Positions 16,202-25,244 of a DNA stretch of 32,000 nucleotides are shown one piece after another (the first letter of the stretch is position 1; each line of letters opens with the position of its first letter). The DNA is taken from assembly GCF_000195755.1 (NCBI RefSeq), contig NC_002937.3:870001-902000 (forward strand), in the 5' to 3' direction. Below the pieces are notes generated by a model that worked only from the letters and a program-made list of their open reading frames with translations, made no database searches and was not told the origin of the DNA. A program made the translations under genes and the position numbers. The DNA is from Nitratidesulfovibrio vulgaris str. Hildenborough (lineage in GTDB: Bacteria; Desulfobacterota; Desulfovibrionia; Desulfovibrionales; Desulfovibrionaceae).

Positions 16202-18310
16202 ATGCCAACCGCCGTAGAACCTCTCACCCCCTCGCCAGCACCTATGGAACGCCCAGACCTTTCGACCATTCCTCTCACACCCGGCGTCTACCTATATAAG
16301 GATGAGTCGGGGCGCATCATCTACGTGGGCAAGGCGCGTTGCCTGCGGCGCAGGGTCGCGTCCTACTTCCGCGACGTTTCGGCGCTCACGCCCAAGACCG
16401 TCGCCATGCTGCGCCATGCCGTGACCATCGACACCCTTTCCACCACCACCGAGAAGGAAGCACTGCTTCTCGAGGCGAGTCTCATCAAGAAGCACCGCCC
16501 GCGCTACAACATCGTCCTGCGCGACGACAAGCAGTACGTCCTGTTCCGCATCGGGGCGAAGCATCCGTATCCGCGTCTTGAAATCGTCCGCAAGGCCCGC
16601 CGCGACGACGGACGCTACTTCGGGCCGTTCACGTCTGCCAGTGCCGCCCGCGAGACGTGGAAGACCATCCACCGTGCTTTTCCGTTGCGCCGTTGCTCCG
16701 ACAGGGCCTTCGGCAACAGGGTGCGGGCCTGTCTCTATCATCATATGGGGCAGTGCCTCGGGCCCTGCGTTAATGAAGTCCCGTCCGAAACCTACGCCGC
16801 CCTGCTGGAACAGGTCTCGCTTCTGCTCTCTGGCCGGTCGGGCGAACTTGTGGACGCCTTGCGTACAGAGATGGAGGCGGCATCGCAGGGCTTGGATTTC
16901 GAACGCGCAGCGGTGTTGCGTGACCGGATACGTGCGCTGGAACGTACCGTGGAGCGACAGGCGGCTGTGTTGCCCGGCGGTGGCGACCTTGATGTGGTCG
17001 GCGTGGTGGAGGTCGAGAACGGACTCGCTCTCGGGGTGCTGTTCGTCAGACAGGGGGTGTTGCTCGACGGACGGTCCTTCTTCTGGCCGGGATTGGGTTT
17101 TGCCGAGGCTCCGGAGTTGTTGTGGAGTTTTCTTGGGCAGTTCTACGGCCCGCAGGCAACCATTCCGCCACGTATCGTGGTGCCATGGCTGCCGGATGAG
17201 GATGGCGAGACTGGTGATGCCTTGGATGGCTCAAGTGATGCTGTCGTTCCTGTAGCCGCTGCCACCACTATCGACGCCAGCCTTGCCGATGTCCGCACGG
17301 GCACCGAGGTGACCAGCCTCATCAATGCATCCCATGCTGCCCCGAACGTAGGTGAATCCACGCAAGGAGACACGCTGGCAGGCGCGACGGGGAAAGGGGC
17401 GACGCATCTTATGCTCGAAACGGCGCTGGCTGCCTTGCGGGGGGGCATCGTGCGCATCGCGTTGCCGCGCAACCCCGCCGAGAACAGACTTGTCGACATG
17501 GCCATGTCCAACGCCCGTGAAGAGGCCCGCCGCAAGGCCGACACGCCCCTTCAAGACCTCTTGGCCCGGGCGCTGCATCTTGCGGGGCCCCCGCATCGCA
17601 TCGAGGCTGTGGACGTGTCACACACGGGCGGGCGTAACACCCGTGTGGGCATGGTGGTCTTCGAGGACGGCAAGCCATTTCCTGAAGCCTACCGCACCTA
17701 TGCCTTCGAGGACGGCGACGGCGACGACTACGGTACGCTGGCGGCGTGGGCCGGACGCCGCGTCGAGTCGGGCCCTCCATGGCCAGACCTGCTGCTGGTC
17801 GATGGAGGACGGGGGCAACTTGCCGCGGTGGTGCGTGCTTTTGAAGAATGCGGCATGGGGGCGGCCTTCGCCGTGGCTTCCATCGCCAAGGCCCGCACGG
17901 AAGAAGGGCGTGCCGACCGTCGGGCGGGGAACGTCTCTGACCGCATCTTCCTGCCGGGAAGGGCCAATCCGTTGCCGTTGCGTGCTGGCGCACCCGAATT
18001 GCTGTTCCTGCAACATGTCCGGGACACGGTGCACGACTATTCCATCGGCAAGCACAGACGTGCGCGTGCAGGGGCCGCCCTTACCGGAGAGTTGCAACGT
18101 GTCGAGGGCATAGGCCCCGCAACGGCCCGGGCACTATGGGAACGGTTCGATTCGTTGCAGGCCATGGCTGATGCCGGAGTTGAGGGGCTGGCCGCCGTTC
18201 CCGGAGTCGGTCGTGCCCGTGCCGCGGCCCTTCATGCCCATCTCGTGACGTTCTTTGGCTCTTCGAAGCAAGGTGGGCACGCGCGGACGGCTCTGCAGCG
18301 CAAGGGCTGA
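16202..18310 (+). CDS. uvrC: Excinuclease ABC subunit C (UvrC), about 700 aa
   Basis: It has a GIY-YIG domain (PGVYLYKDESGRIIYVGKARCLRRRV), a UvrBC-interaction region, a C-terminal endonuclease domain and (HhH)2. The start is uncertain: TTG 16136, ATG 16202 or ATG 16244, none with a clear SD. Confidence 0.92.
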   Translation: MPTAVEPLTPSPAPMERPDLSTIPLTPGVYLYKDESGRIIYVGKARCLRRRVASYFRDVSALTPKTVAMLRHAVTIDTLSTTTEKEALLLEASLIKKHRPRYNIVLRDDKQYVLFRIGAKHPYPRLEIVRKARRDDGRYFGPFTSASAARETWKTIHRAFPLRRCSDRAFGNRVRACLYHHMGQCLGPCVNEVPSETYAALLEQVSLLLSGRSGELVDALRTEMEAASQGLDFERAAVLRDRIRALERTVERQAAVLPGGGDLDVVGVVEVENGLALGVLFVRQGVLLDGRSFFWPGLGFAEAPELLWSFLGQFYGPQATIPPRIVVPWLPDEDGETGDALDGSSDAVVPVAAATTIDASLADVRTGTEVTSLINASHAAPNVGESTQGDTLAGATGKGATHLMLETALAALRGGIVRIALPRNPAENRLVDMAMSNAREEARRKADTPLQDLLARALHLAGPPHRIEAVDVSHTGGRNTRVGMVVFEDGKPFPEAYRTYAFEDGDGDDYGTLAAWAGRRVESGPPWPDLLLVDGGRGQLAAVVRAFEECGMGAAFAVASIAKARTEEGRADRRAGNVSDRIFLPGRANPLPLRAGAPELLFLQHVRDTVHDYSIGKHRRARAGAALTGELQRVEGIGPATARALWERFDSLQAMADAGVEGLAAVPGVGRARAAALHAHLVTFFGSSKQGGHARTALQRKG

Positions 18311-18474
18311 TCCTGTCTGTGCGCGCAACGGTGGCATCAGTCCGGTCATCCTTTCGAGGCCTCCGTTCGAAACATTCGGCTGAAGCCTCCAGCTGTCGTG
18401 TTCGTCGGCGGTCTTCTGGCGTGTCCTGCGTCGACCTTCTTCAGCTTCGTGCGCCTAGCCATTCGCCTTTTCGG

Positions 18475-18504
18475 TTGCAAGGTGCGTCATGTTTCGCGCA
18501 TGAT
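18475..18504 (+). promoter_or_regulatory. Candidate sigma-70 promoter for the kinase/regulator pair
   Basis: TTGCAA (18475..18480), an 18-nt spacer and CATGAT (18499..18504). This is sequence inspection only. Confidence 0.25.
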
Positions 18505-18531
18505 GCTGGCATGACAACGGAAGGGGGCGAT

Positions 18532-19797
18532 ATGCATCACCTCCGGCCTTGCGCCGCGATGTATGACCTTGCTGGAGAAGCACTCTCCATCAAGGTCGAT
18601 GACACGTTGCATCGCCTGCTGCACCTTCCCGCCACTCCGGGTACGTCGGTGCCGTGGGGGTCCATCATACCCGAATGGCCACTTGCCTTGGGTGACCTTG
18701 CCCGTGGCTGCGATGCCGCCCGCCCTGTCTGCTGCTGGCAACTGGAGTCGCCTGACGGGGAACCCGTGTGTGCTGTCATGAGCCTTGGGCCCGCCATCGG
18801 GCTTGATGACGGGCCGGACGTTGCGCCGGATGTTGCGCCGGATGCGGTGCAGCACGACGGGGATGAACGCATCCCCGGTAACGGCAATGCCCGACAGGCC
18901 CCAGACAGTGCCGGACAAGGTCGCCGCAACCTGATGGTACAGCTTGTGCGTACGCCGGAACAGCTTCCGCGCCGTAGCGTTCAGGCTGCCCTGTTGCGCG
19001 GGCTTTCACACGACTTCGGCAACGCACTCGCCTCCATCATGGGGTTTGCCGAGATAGCCCGTACCCGCCCTGTGGATGACCCCCTTCTGGCCCGTAGTCT
19101 GGACAATGTCCTGAAGGGATGCGCACAGGCCCTGTCGCTCATGGACAGGGCACGGGCCATGGCAGGGAGGCAATCCCCCTCGTTTCAGGTATGCGACCTC
19201 GAAGCCCTTGTGGAAACATGGTGCGGTGAATTGATGTCCGGTAACGACGCTGTCGGGCAGGCCCTCGTCTGGCATGCGCGTACCAATGGGGGCTGCGGAC
19301 TGTCGTCGGGCACTGTTCAAGAGGGTTCGGATGCGACGGTCGCCCCCTCCATGCGACCTACCCCCATGGTCGTTCGTTGCGACCCGTCATTGCTGCAACG
19401 TGCCTTCGTCGCGATTGTCGACAATGCCCGCGACGCTGCCGAAACTGGCGAAACGGCTGGTGGCGTACATGTGCGATTGTTCACCGATGGTGCCACGGCG
19501 CGACGTCATGCAGGGTGGTGCGGTATTGCCGTGTCGGACGGCGGGGCGGGACTCTCGCCTGAGGACTTCTTCCGTTTCGGTGACCCGTATCGCCATGCAG
19601 GTGGCGCACGCGAAGGACGCGGAAACGGTGTCGCCCTTGCGCGTGGCATCATGCGAGCCCTTGGCGGTGCCCTGGAGGTCGCCACCTTTCCCGGCAGGGG
19701 GACGGTGGTCTACCTTCTGCTGCCACCCGCAGAGGGAGGCGACTGGCTGTTGCCAGGGACGGGTCCCGTTGGGGAGGTTGCATGGCCAGAGTGCTGA
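18532..19797 (+). CDS. Soluble sensor histidine kinase (HisKA + HATPase_c), about 421 aa
   Basis: The H-box is LSHDFGNALASIMGFAEI, the N-box is VDNARDA, the G1 box is SDGGAGL and the G2 box is GRGNGVALARGI. I see no TM segment. I chose ATG 18532 because GGAAGGGGG lies 5 nt upstream. ATG 18511 is also possible, and the 18319 start in the track is unlikely. Confidence 0.85.
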   Translation: MHHLRPCAAMYDLAGEALSIKVDDTLHRLLHLPATPGTSVPWGSIIPEWPLALGDLARGCDAARPVCCWQLESPDGEPVCAVMSLGPAIGLDDGPDVAPDVAPDAVQHDGDERIPGNGNARQAPDSAGQGRRNLMVQLVRTPEQLPRRSVQAALLRGLSHDFGNALASIMGFAEIARTRPVDDPLLARSLDNVLKGCAQALSLMDRARAMAGRQSPSFQVCDLEALVETWCGELMSGNDAVGQALVWHARTNGGCGLSSGTVQEGSDATVAPSMRPTPMVVRCDPSLLQRAFVAIVDNARDAAETGETAGGVHVRLFTDGATARRHAGWCGIAVSDGGAGLSPEDFFRFGDPYRHAGGAREGRGNGVALARGIMRALGGALEVATFPGRGTVVYLLLPPAEGGDWLLPGTGPVGEVAWPEC

Positions 19798-21254
19798 TTG
19801 TCGATGACGACCCCCTCTTCTGCGAGATGTTCTGCGATGCCATGCAGCTTCACGGACACGAGGCCGGAAGTGCATGCACACTGCATGAGGGGCGTGAACG
19901 CATCGCGGTTGCGAAGCCCGAGGTGGTCTTTCTGGATGTGCGTCTCCCCGACGGTAACGGGCTTGACCTTGTGACGGACATCGTCGCGTTGGCCGACGGG
20001 CCGGAGGTCGTGGTCATCACCGCCGCCGGGGACCCCGCAGCCGCAGAACAGGCCATCACCAGCGGTGCGTGGGATTACATCCAGAAACCAGCCTCCATCG
20101 AAACCATGCGCGTGGCCCTCGACAGGGCCTTGTGCCATCGCAGGCGTCGCACTGCCGCCCATGGCGGGGTTCCCGACATGTCGGGTATCGTGGGCGAGAG
20201 TCCGCGTCTCAAACACTGCCTCGCCATGCTCGGGGAAGCTGCCGCATCGGAGGCGACCGTACTGCTGACCGGTGAGACGGGTACGGGCAAGGAACTCTTT
20301 GCGCGGGCCATCCATCGCAACAGCCCGCGCGCGTCGGGCCCCTTCGTGGCTGTCGATTGCGCTGCCCTCTCTCCGGCACTGGTCGAAAGCGAATTGTTCG
20401 GGCATCACCGCGGCGCGTTCACCGGGGCCGTCACCTCCAGAATGGGGCTTGTCCGGCAGGCCGACGGCGGAACACTCTTCCTCGACGAAGTGGGCGAGTT
20501 GCCGCTTGAGCAGCAACGGGCGTTTCTGCGGGTGTTGCAGGAACGCAGATTCCGGCCTGTGGGTGGTTCGGAGGAGGTGACCAGCGATTTTCGGCTTGTG
20601 GCTGCGACGAACCGCAACCTGTGGGATATGGCCGGACGTGGGGCGTTCCGGCAGGATCTTCTGTACAGGTTGCAAGGCTTCATGGTCTCGTTGCCTCCCC
20701 TTCGAGAGCGCGCAGGCGACGTGCGGTTGCTCGTCATCCACCATGCCCGCCGTATCTGTGAACGGCTAGGCCTTGCCGTGAAGAGTTTTTCGCCCGAGAT
20801 GCTGGCATTGCTGGATGGGCATATGTGGCCCGGAAACGTGCGAGAACTCGTCAACGTGGTGGAGATGCTCGTGCTTTCGGCTCGACATGATTCCGTGATC
20901 AGCCCGGAGCACCTTCCGGCCCCTTTCAGGGTGTTGCTCGCGCGGGCCAGGGTTACACGGGCTGATGACGCCCCGTCGGCGTTCGAGGATTCCGGTGACC
21001 GGGATGTCGCGCCATTCGGTGGGGCGCTGTCCGGGGGCAAGCCGAGAGACGATGGCGGCAACGGCACAGCGGTCGGAGCATGGAAGGAGCATCGGCAGCG
21101 TGAACTGGACAGGGTCGAGCGGGAGTACCTTGTCGAACTGTTACGGGCCAGTGGAGGCTCGGTCACCGTGGCGGGCAGTATTGCCGGGGTTTCGCGGCAA
21201 CGTCTCTATGCCATGCTGCGCAAGCATGGCATGGTACGGCAGTGGCGGGCTTGA
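19782..21254 (+). CDS. Sigma-54-dependent response regulator (REC + AAA+ + Fis-type HTH; NtrC family), 490 aa
   Basis: The REC domain has VLIVDDD...FLDVRLPDGNG. The AAA+ domain has the Walker A motif GETGTGKE and the GAFTGA sigma-54 contact motif. A C-terminal HTH is present. The start overlaps the kinase gene end by 16 nt. Confidence 0.93.
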   Translation: MARVLIVDDDPLFCEMFCDAMQLHGHEAGSACTLHEGRERIAVAKPEVVFLDVRLPDGNGLDLVTDIVALADGPEVVVITAAGDPAAAEQAITSGAWDYIQKPASIETMRVALDRALCHRRRRTAAHGGVPDMSGIVGESPRLKHCLAMLGEAAASEATVLLTGETGTGKELFARAIHRNSPRASGPFVAVDCAALSPALVESELFGHHRGAFTGAVTSRMGLVRQADGGTLFLDEVGELPLEQQRAFLRVLQERRFRPVGGSEEVTSDFRLVAATNRNLWDMAGRGAFRQDLLYRLQGFMVSLPPLRERAGDVRLLVIHHARRICERLGLAVKSFSPEMLALLDGHMWPGNVRELVNVVEMLVLSARHDSVISPEHLPAPFRVLLARARVTRADDAPSAFEDSGDRDVAPFGGALSGGKPRDDGGNGTAVGAWKEHRQRELDRVEREYLVELLRASGGSVTVAGSIAGVSRQRLYAMLRKHGMVRQWRA

Positions 21255-21272
21255 TGTTGAAAAAGGTTATTC

Positions 21273-21291
21273 TGTAAACTTTTTATTTACA
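21273..21291 (+). promoter_or_regulatory. Inverted repeat TGTAAA-N7-TTTACA (candidate enhancer/UAS)
   Basis: It lies in an AT-rich spacer just after the regulator gene, about 85 nt upstream of the -24-like GG at 21366..21367. Confidence 0.3.
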
Positions 21292-21364
21292 AAATGACAT
21301 CTCGTGTTGACAGTGGCGTCGATTCTAATCGCTCTAATCCCTTGTCCCGCGTGATACATGAAGA

Positions 21365-21380
21365 TGGTATGATATTTGAT
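21365..21380 (+). promoter_or_regulatory. Candidate -24/-12 (sigma-54) promoter, alternatively an extended -10 sigma-70 promoter
   Basis: TGGTATG-ATAT-TTGAT compares with the consensus TGGCACG-N4-TTGCW. The GG and TTG are at correct spacing, but the -12 C is replaced by A. The same bases also read as TGg-TATGAT, an extended -10. It lies 42 nt upstream of ATG 21422. Confidence 0.35.
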
Positions 21381-21421
21381 AAGTGTCGGTATCTGGAATC
21401 AGCATATGGAGGGGAGTTACC

Positions 21422-21718
21422 ATGCTGTCTGAACTGACGCGTATCGTCCATAACATCGTGCTCGACAATCCTGTCCCGGCAAAGGCGCTGGCAAAGGAGA
21501 TAGGCAAGCCCTATTCCACCCTGCTGCGCGAAATCAACCCGTATGACACGGGGGCCAAACTGGGAGTGGAGACCTTGTTGCAGATAATGAAGTGCACAGG
21601 CAACATCCGCCCTCTCGAATACATGGCAGAGCAGATGGGATGCAGGCTTGAGCGTGACGCGAAACCCATGCGTGCTTCGCGGATGCGTGAGAACGTGTTC
21701 GCAGAAATGCGGGATTGA
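21422..21718 (+). CDS. Small HTH protein resembling phage 186 CII / CP76-family regulators, 98 aa
   Basis: ATG 21422 has a GGAGGGGAG SD. The segment AKALAKEIGKPYSTLLREINPYDTGAKLGVETLLQIMKCTGNIRPLEYMAEQMGC follows the 186-CII pattern (A.LA...G....TL...LNP......EL..L...T.D..L...LA....C) as I remember it. GC content is visibly lower than in the neighbouring genes. Confidence 0.7.
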   Translation: MLSELTRIVHNIVLDNPVPAKALAKEIGKPYSTLLREINPYDTGAKLGVETLLQIMKCTGNIRPLEYMAEQMGCRLERDAKPMRASRMRENVFAEMRD

Positions 21719-22125
21719 GCGTGCCCACGCCGCGCCGTGTCCTTGTCGTCGAAGATGACATGGTGACCCAGTGCCTTCTGTCCGGTCTTCTCGACAGTTG
21801 GGGCTATGAGGTGCACACCGCCAGCAACGGTCGCGAAGGCATGGCCGTGTTGCGTTGCGTGGGGGCCGATGTGGTCATCACCGACATCATCATGCCCGAA
21901 CAGGATGGCTTCGCGACCATCGCCCTTCTGCGCCGCGACTTTCCGGATGTGAAGGTCATCGCCATTTCGGGGGGGGCGGCTGCACTGGACATGGAATCGG
22001 CCATTCGCACGGCCCATGTCATCGGTGCGGACTTCGTCCTGCCCAAACCCTTGAACACAGTCAGCCTTGAAAAGGCCCTCGCCGCCTTCGATGACATGGC
22101 TGCACCGGCACACGGCATAGCCTGA
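21715..22125 (+). CDS. Stand-alone CheY-like receiver domain protein, about 135 aa
   Basis: The sequence RVLVVEDDMVTQCLL...ADVVITDIIMPEQDGF...KVIAISGG...LPKP is a canonical REC domain. The TTG start (21715) overlaps the upstream TGA stop (ATTGA). GTG 21721 is an alternative start. Confidence 0.88.
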   Translation: MSVPTPRRVLVVEDDMVTQCLLSGLLDSWGYEVHTASNGREGMAVLRCVGADVVITDIIMPEQDGFATIALLRRDFPDVKVIAISGGAAALDMESAIRTAHVIGADFVLPKPLNTVSLEKALAAFDDMAAPAHGIA

Positions 22126-22175
22126 GACCGCCAGATGTTCCGGGGGGGACATCGCCCACGGCGGGCGGGCTGGAT

Positions 22176-22200
22176 AGAATGCCCCGCGATGGGGCATTCT
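22176..22200. terminator. Hairpin between convergent cheY-like and mnmA genes
   Basis: AGAATGCCCC-gcgat-GGGGCATTCT is a 10-bp stem with no U-tract. Confidence 0.4.
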
Positions 22201-22394
22201 GCATGGTGGCCATAGAGGGATGTGCAGCCTGAAATAGTGGGCAGTGCATTCTGTTCCCATCATCGAACGTCTGCCACATTCCGGCGGACCGCCCTTATGT
22301 CTTCAAATCTCGACCGATGGCGCGCATCGTGCGAGCATTGCGCGGCCGTCTGCCATGCACTTTGCCGAGGCAGTGCGGCATGGGGCCGTGCCCT

Positions 22395-23435
22395 TCAGGG
22401 CAGCGGGCCGAGAATGACGCCTCCACCCAGCACATGGTGCTCCATGTCGTAGACCGCCAGTACCTGACCGCGCGCGGCAGGCGGCTGAGGTTCACGGAAG
22501 CGGGCGTACAGTCTGCCGTCGCGCAGGGTCACCCGCGCGGATAGGGGCTGCTGCCGATAGCGGATACGCACGGCGACCTCGGCAGGCCAGTCTTCGTAAG
22601 GTACGAGCAGGTTGACCTCTTCGGCGACGCAGCCTGGTGAGGCCAGTGCTTCGCGCCCTCCCACCAGCAGCATGTTGTTCTCCATGTCCTTGCCAACGAC
22701 ATACAGCGGTTCGTGCCATGCGATGCCAAGCCCCTTTCGCTGGCCTTCGGTGTACTGCCAGAGTCCGGCGTGGCTGCCTATCTTGCGGCCGCGTGTCGTG
22801 ACGATGGGGCCGGGACCGGGAAGCCGGACACGTCGGTCCTTGAGAAAGGCGCGGTAGTCATCGTCGGGGACGAAGCATATCTCCTGACTCTCGGAAGGCA
22901 GTGGCGGCACGATGCTGCGTCTGGCAAGCTCACCCCGCACCGCCTCCTTGCGCCAGTTGCCGAGGGGGAAGACGGCCTTTTCAAGGCGGGCATGCGGTAC
23001 GAGTGAGAGAAAATAGCTCTGGTCCTTCGCCGGGTCGACACCGCGTTGCAGCACTGTGCCCCATCGGGGATGCCTGAGCAGGCGGGCGTAGTGGCCGGTG
23101 GCTAGGTGCACGGCACCGACGTGTGCGGCGGCATCGGCAAGAAGGCCGAACTTCATGGTGGCGTTGCACCGTGCGCAGGGATTGGGAGTGCGTCCCACCA
23201 TGTAGTCTTCCATGAAGGGGCGCACGACATGTTCCTCGAACGCCTCCGTGAGGTCGACGACATGAAGGTCGACCCCGAGCCGGTCGCACATGGCCCGGAT
23301 ATCGGGCACGGGGTCGTGCCCCGTCGGGGGGATGAAGCGGGCATGAAGACCGCACACCTGCTGGCCCTGTTCCTTGAGGAGGACGAGGGCGAACAGGCTG
23401 TCGGTGCCTCCGCTCATGGCGACGGCGATGGTCAT
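22395..23435 (-). CDS. mnmA: tRNA 2-thiouridine(34) synthase MnmA, 346 aa
   Basis: I used the internal start MTIAVAMSGGTDSLFALVLL, which contains the PP-loop SGGxDS motif, preceded by an AGGAG SD. The 441-aa track ORF is an over-extension into gatA. Confidence 0.93.
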   Translation of the reverse strand: MTIAVAMSGGTDSLFALVLLKEQGQQVCGLHARFIPPTGHDPVPDIRAMCDRLGVDLHVVDLTEAFEEHVVRPFMEDYMVGRTPNPCARCNATMKFGLLADAAAHVGAVHLATGHYARLLRHPRWGTVLQRGVDPAKDQSYFLSLVPHARLEKAVFPLGNWRKEAVRGELARRSIVPPLPSESQEICFVPDDDYRAFLKDRRVRLPGPGPIVTTRGRKIGSHAGLWQYTEGQRKGLGIAWHEPLYVVGKDMENNMLLVGGREALASPGCVAEEVNLLVPYEDWPAEVAVRIRYRQQPLSARVTLRDGRLYARFREPQPPAARGQVLAVYDMEHHVLGGGVILGPLP

Positions 23436-23449
23436 GTGGCTCCTGTCGT

Positions 23450-24919
23450 CTAGCGCAGTCCTGCGGGAGACCCGAGGGGCGGCAGGGCACGCGAGAGCAC
23501 ATTGCCCACTGATAGCAGGGTCGCTTCGTCGAACGACCGGCCCAGCAGTTGGATGCCCACGGGCATACCGCTTTCGGTGCCAAGGCCCACCGGAAGCGAC
23601 AGGCCGGGAAGCCCGGCGAGGTTCAGCGACAGGGTGAAGACGTCCATGAGGTACATCTGCAACGGGTCTGCGGTGAGGGCGCCAAGAGGCCATGCGGTGA
23701 CGGGCGAGACCGGGCCGCATATGACATCACACGTGGCGAAGGCGTTGCGGTAGTCTTCGAGGATGCGCCGTCGTACCTGCGCTGCCTTGCGGTAATAGGC
23801 ATCGTAGTAGCCCGAAGAGAGTACGTACGTGCCGAGCATGATACGCCGCTGCACTTCGTCGCCCAGTCCTTCCGAACGGGAGCGGACGTACAGGTCCATG
23901 AGGTCTTCGGGGGCGTGGGCGCGCTTGCCGTACCGTACGCCGTCGTATCGGGCGAGGTTCGAACTGGCTTCGGCGGAGGCCACGATGTAGTAGGCCGCGA
24001 TGCTCTGCGGGGTATGGGGAAGTGCCACGTCGACGATGGTCGCGCCAAGGTCGCGGGCTGCATCGAGTGCGGCACGGCACGAGGTCGCCACTTCGGGGGA
24101 GAGGCCTTCGCCCCAGAATTCGGCGGGTACGCCGATACGGACGCCCGCAAGGTCGTGGCGGGAGGCGAGGGCGGCTGCGAAGTCCTCTACAGGACGGTCT
24201 GCGCAGGTCGAGTCGCGCTTGTCATGCCCGGCGATGACGCCCATGACGATGGCGGCGTCTTCGACGGTGCGGGTCATGGGGCCTATCTGGTCGAGTGACG
24301 AGCCGTAGGCGATGAGGCCGTAGCGCGACACGCGCCCGTAGGTGGGCTTGAGCCCCACGCAGCCGCACAGCGAGGCAGGCTGGCGGATGGAACCGCCGGT
24401 ATCGGTGCCGAGGCTGGCGAAGCATTGCCCCGCCGCGACACTCGCCGCCGAACCGCCGCTGGAACCGCCGGGGACGCGTGCGGTGTCCCACGGGTTGCGG
24501 GTGGGCTTGTAGGCCGAATTCTCGGTGGAGGAGCCCATGGCGAACTCGTCCATGTTGTTCTTGCCGAGGATGATGGCACCGGCTTCGCGCAGGCGCTGTA
24601 CGGCGAAGGCGTCATAGAACGGGACGAAATCTTCGAGTATCCGCGACCCGGCTGTGGTGGGGGTTCCTGCCGTCGTCAGGGCGTCCTTGACGGTGACGGG
24701 CACGCCCCAGAGAGGACGCGAGGCATCAGGCCCGGCGGCGTCGAGGGCGCGGGCTTCTTCAATCGCTGCTTCGGCGCGGAGGTGCAGCAGGGCGTCGATT
24801 CTCGGTTCTGTCGTCTCGATGCGGGCAAGGCAGTCCAGAACGGCGTCTTCGGCGCGGACTTCACGTCGGGCAAGGGCGTCGCGGATGGCGGCGAGCGAAA
24901 GCGTATGCAGTGCGGACAT
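23450..24919 (-). CDS. gatA: Glutamyl-tRNA(Gln) amidotransferase subunit A, 489 aa
   Basis: The amidase signature [14 protein letters not shown] is present, with GatA-like sequence throughout. Confidence 0.96.
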
Positions 24920-24940
24920 GTGGTGCTTCTCGGAAAAGGG

Positions 24941-25225
24941 CTAGACGATGCGGGGCACGACGAAGAACTGTCCGTCGGATTCCGGGGCGTTGGCGAGGAG
25001 TTCTTCACGGGTGCAATGGGTATGCACCTCGTCGGCGCGCAATACCGTACCATGTTCGGACGGGCTGTAGAGCGGCTCGACATCCGTGGTGTCGACGGCA
25101 CCCAGCATGTCCATGTAGTCGAGGATGTCGCCGAATTGTCCGGCGAACCGTTCGAGTCGTGCCTCGTCGAGGTCGAGTCGCGCAAGGCGTGCGATGGTGG
25201 CGACCTGTTCCTTGGATATCTTCAT
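24941..25225 (-). CDS. gatC: Glutamyl-tRNA(Gln) amidotransferase subunit C, 94 aa
   Basis: [41 protein letters not shown]... is typical GatC. A GGAGA SD precedes it, and it sits directly upstream of gatA. Confidence 0.93.
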   Translation of the reverse strand: MKISKEQVATIARLARLDLDEARLERFAGQFGDILDYMDMLGAVDTTDVEPLYSPSEHGTVLRADEVHTHCTREELLANAPESDGQFFVVPRIV

Positions 25226-25244
25226 GGCGTCTCCGTGATGCCTG

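Noticed and set aside
22222-22452. A Cys-rich 76-aa plus-strand ORF in the spacer between the cheY-like gene and mnmA.
   Set aside because: It has no SD, it overlaps the 3' end of mnmA on the opposite strand, and its composition is typical of out-of-frame GC-rich sequence.
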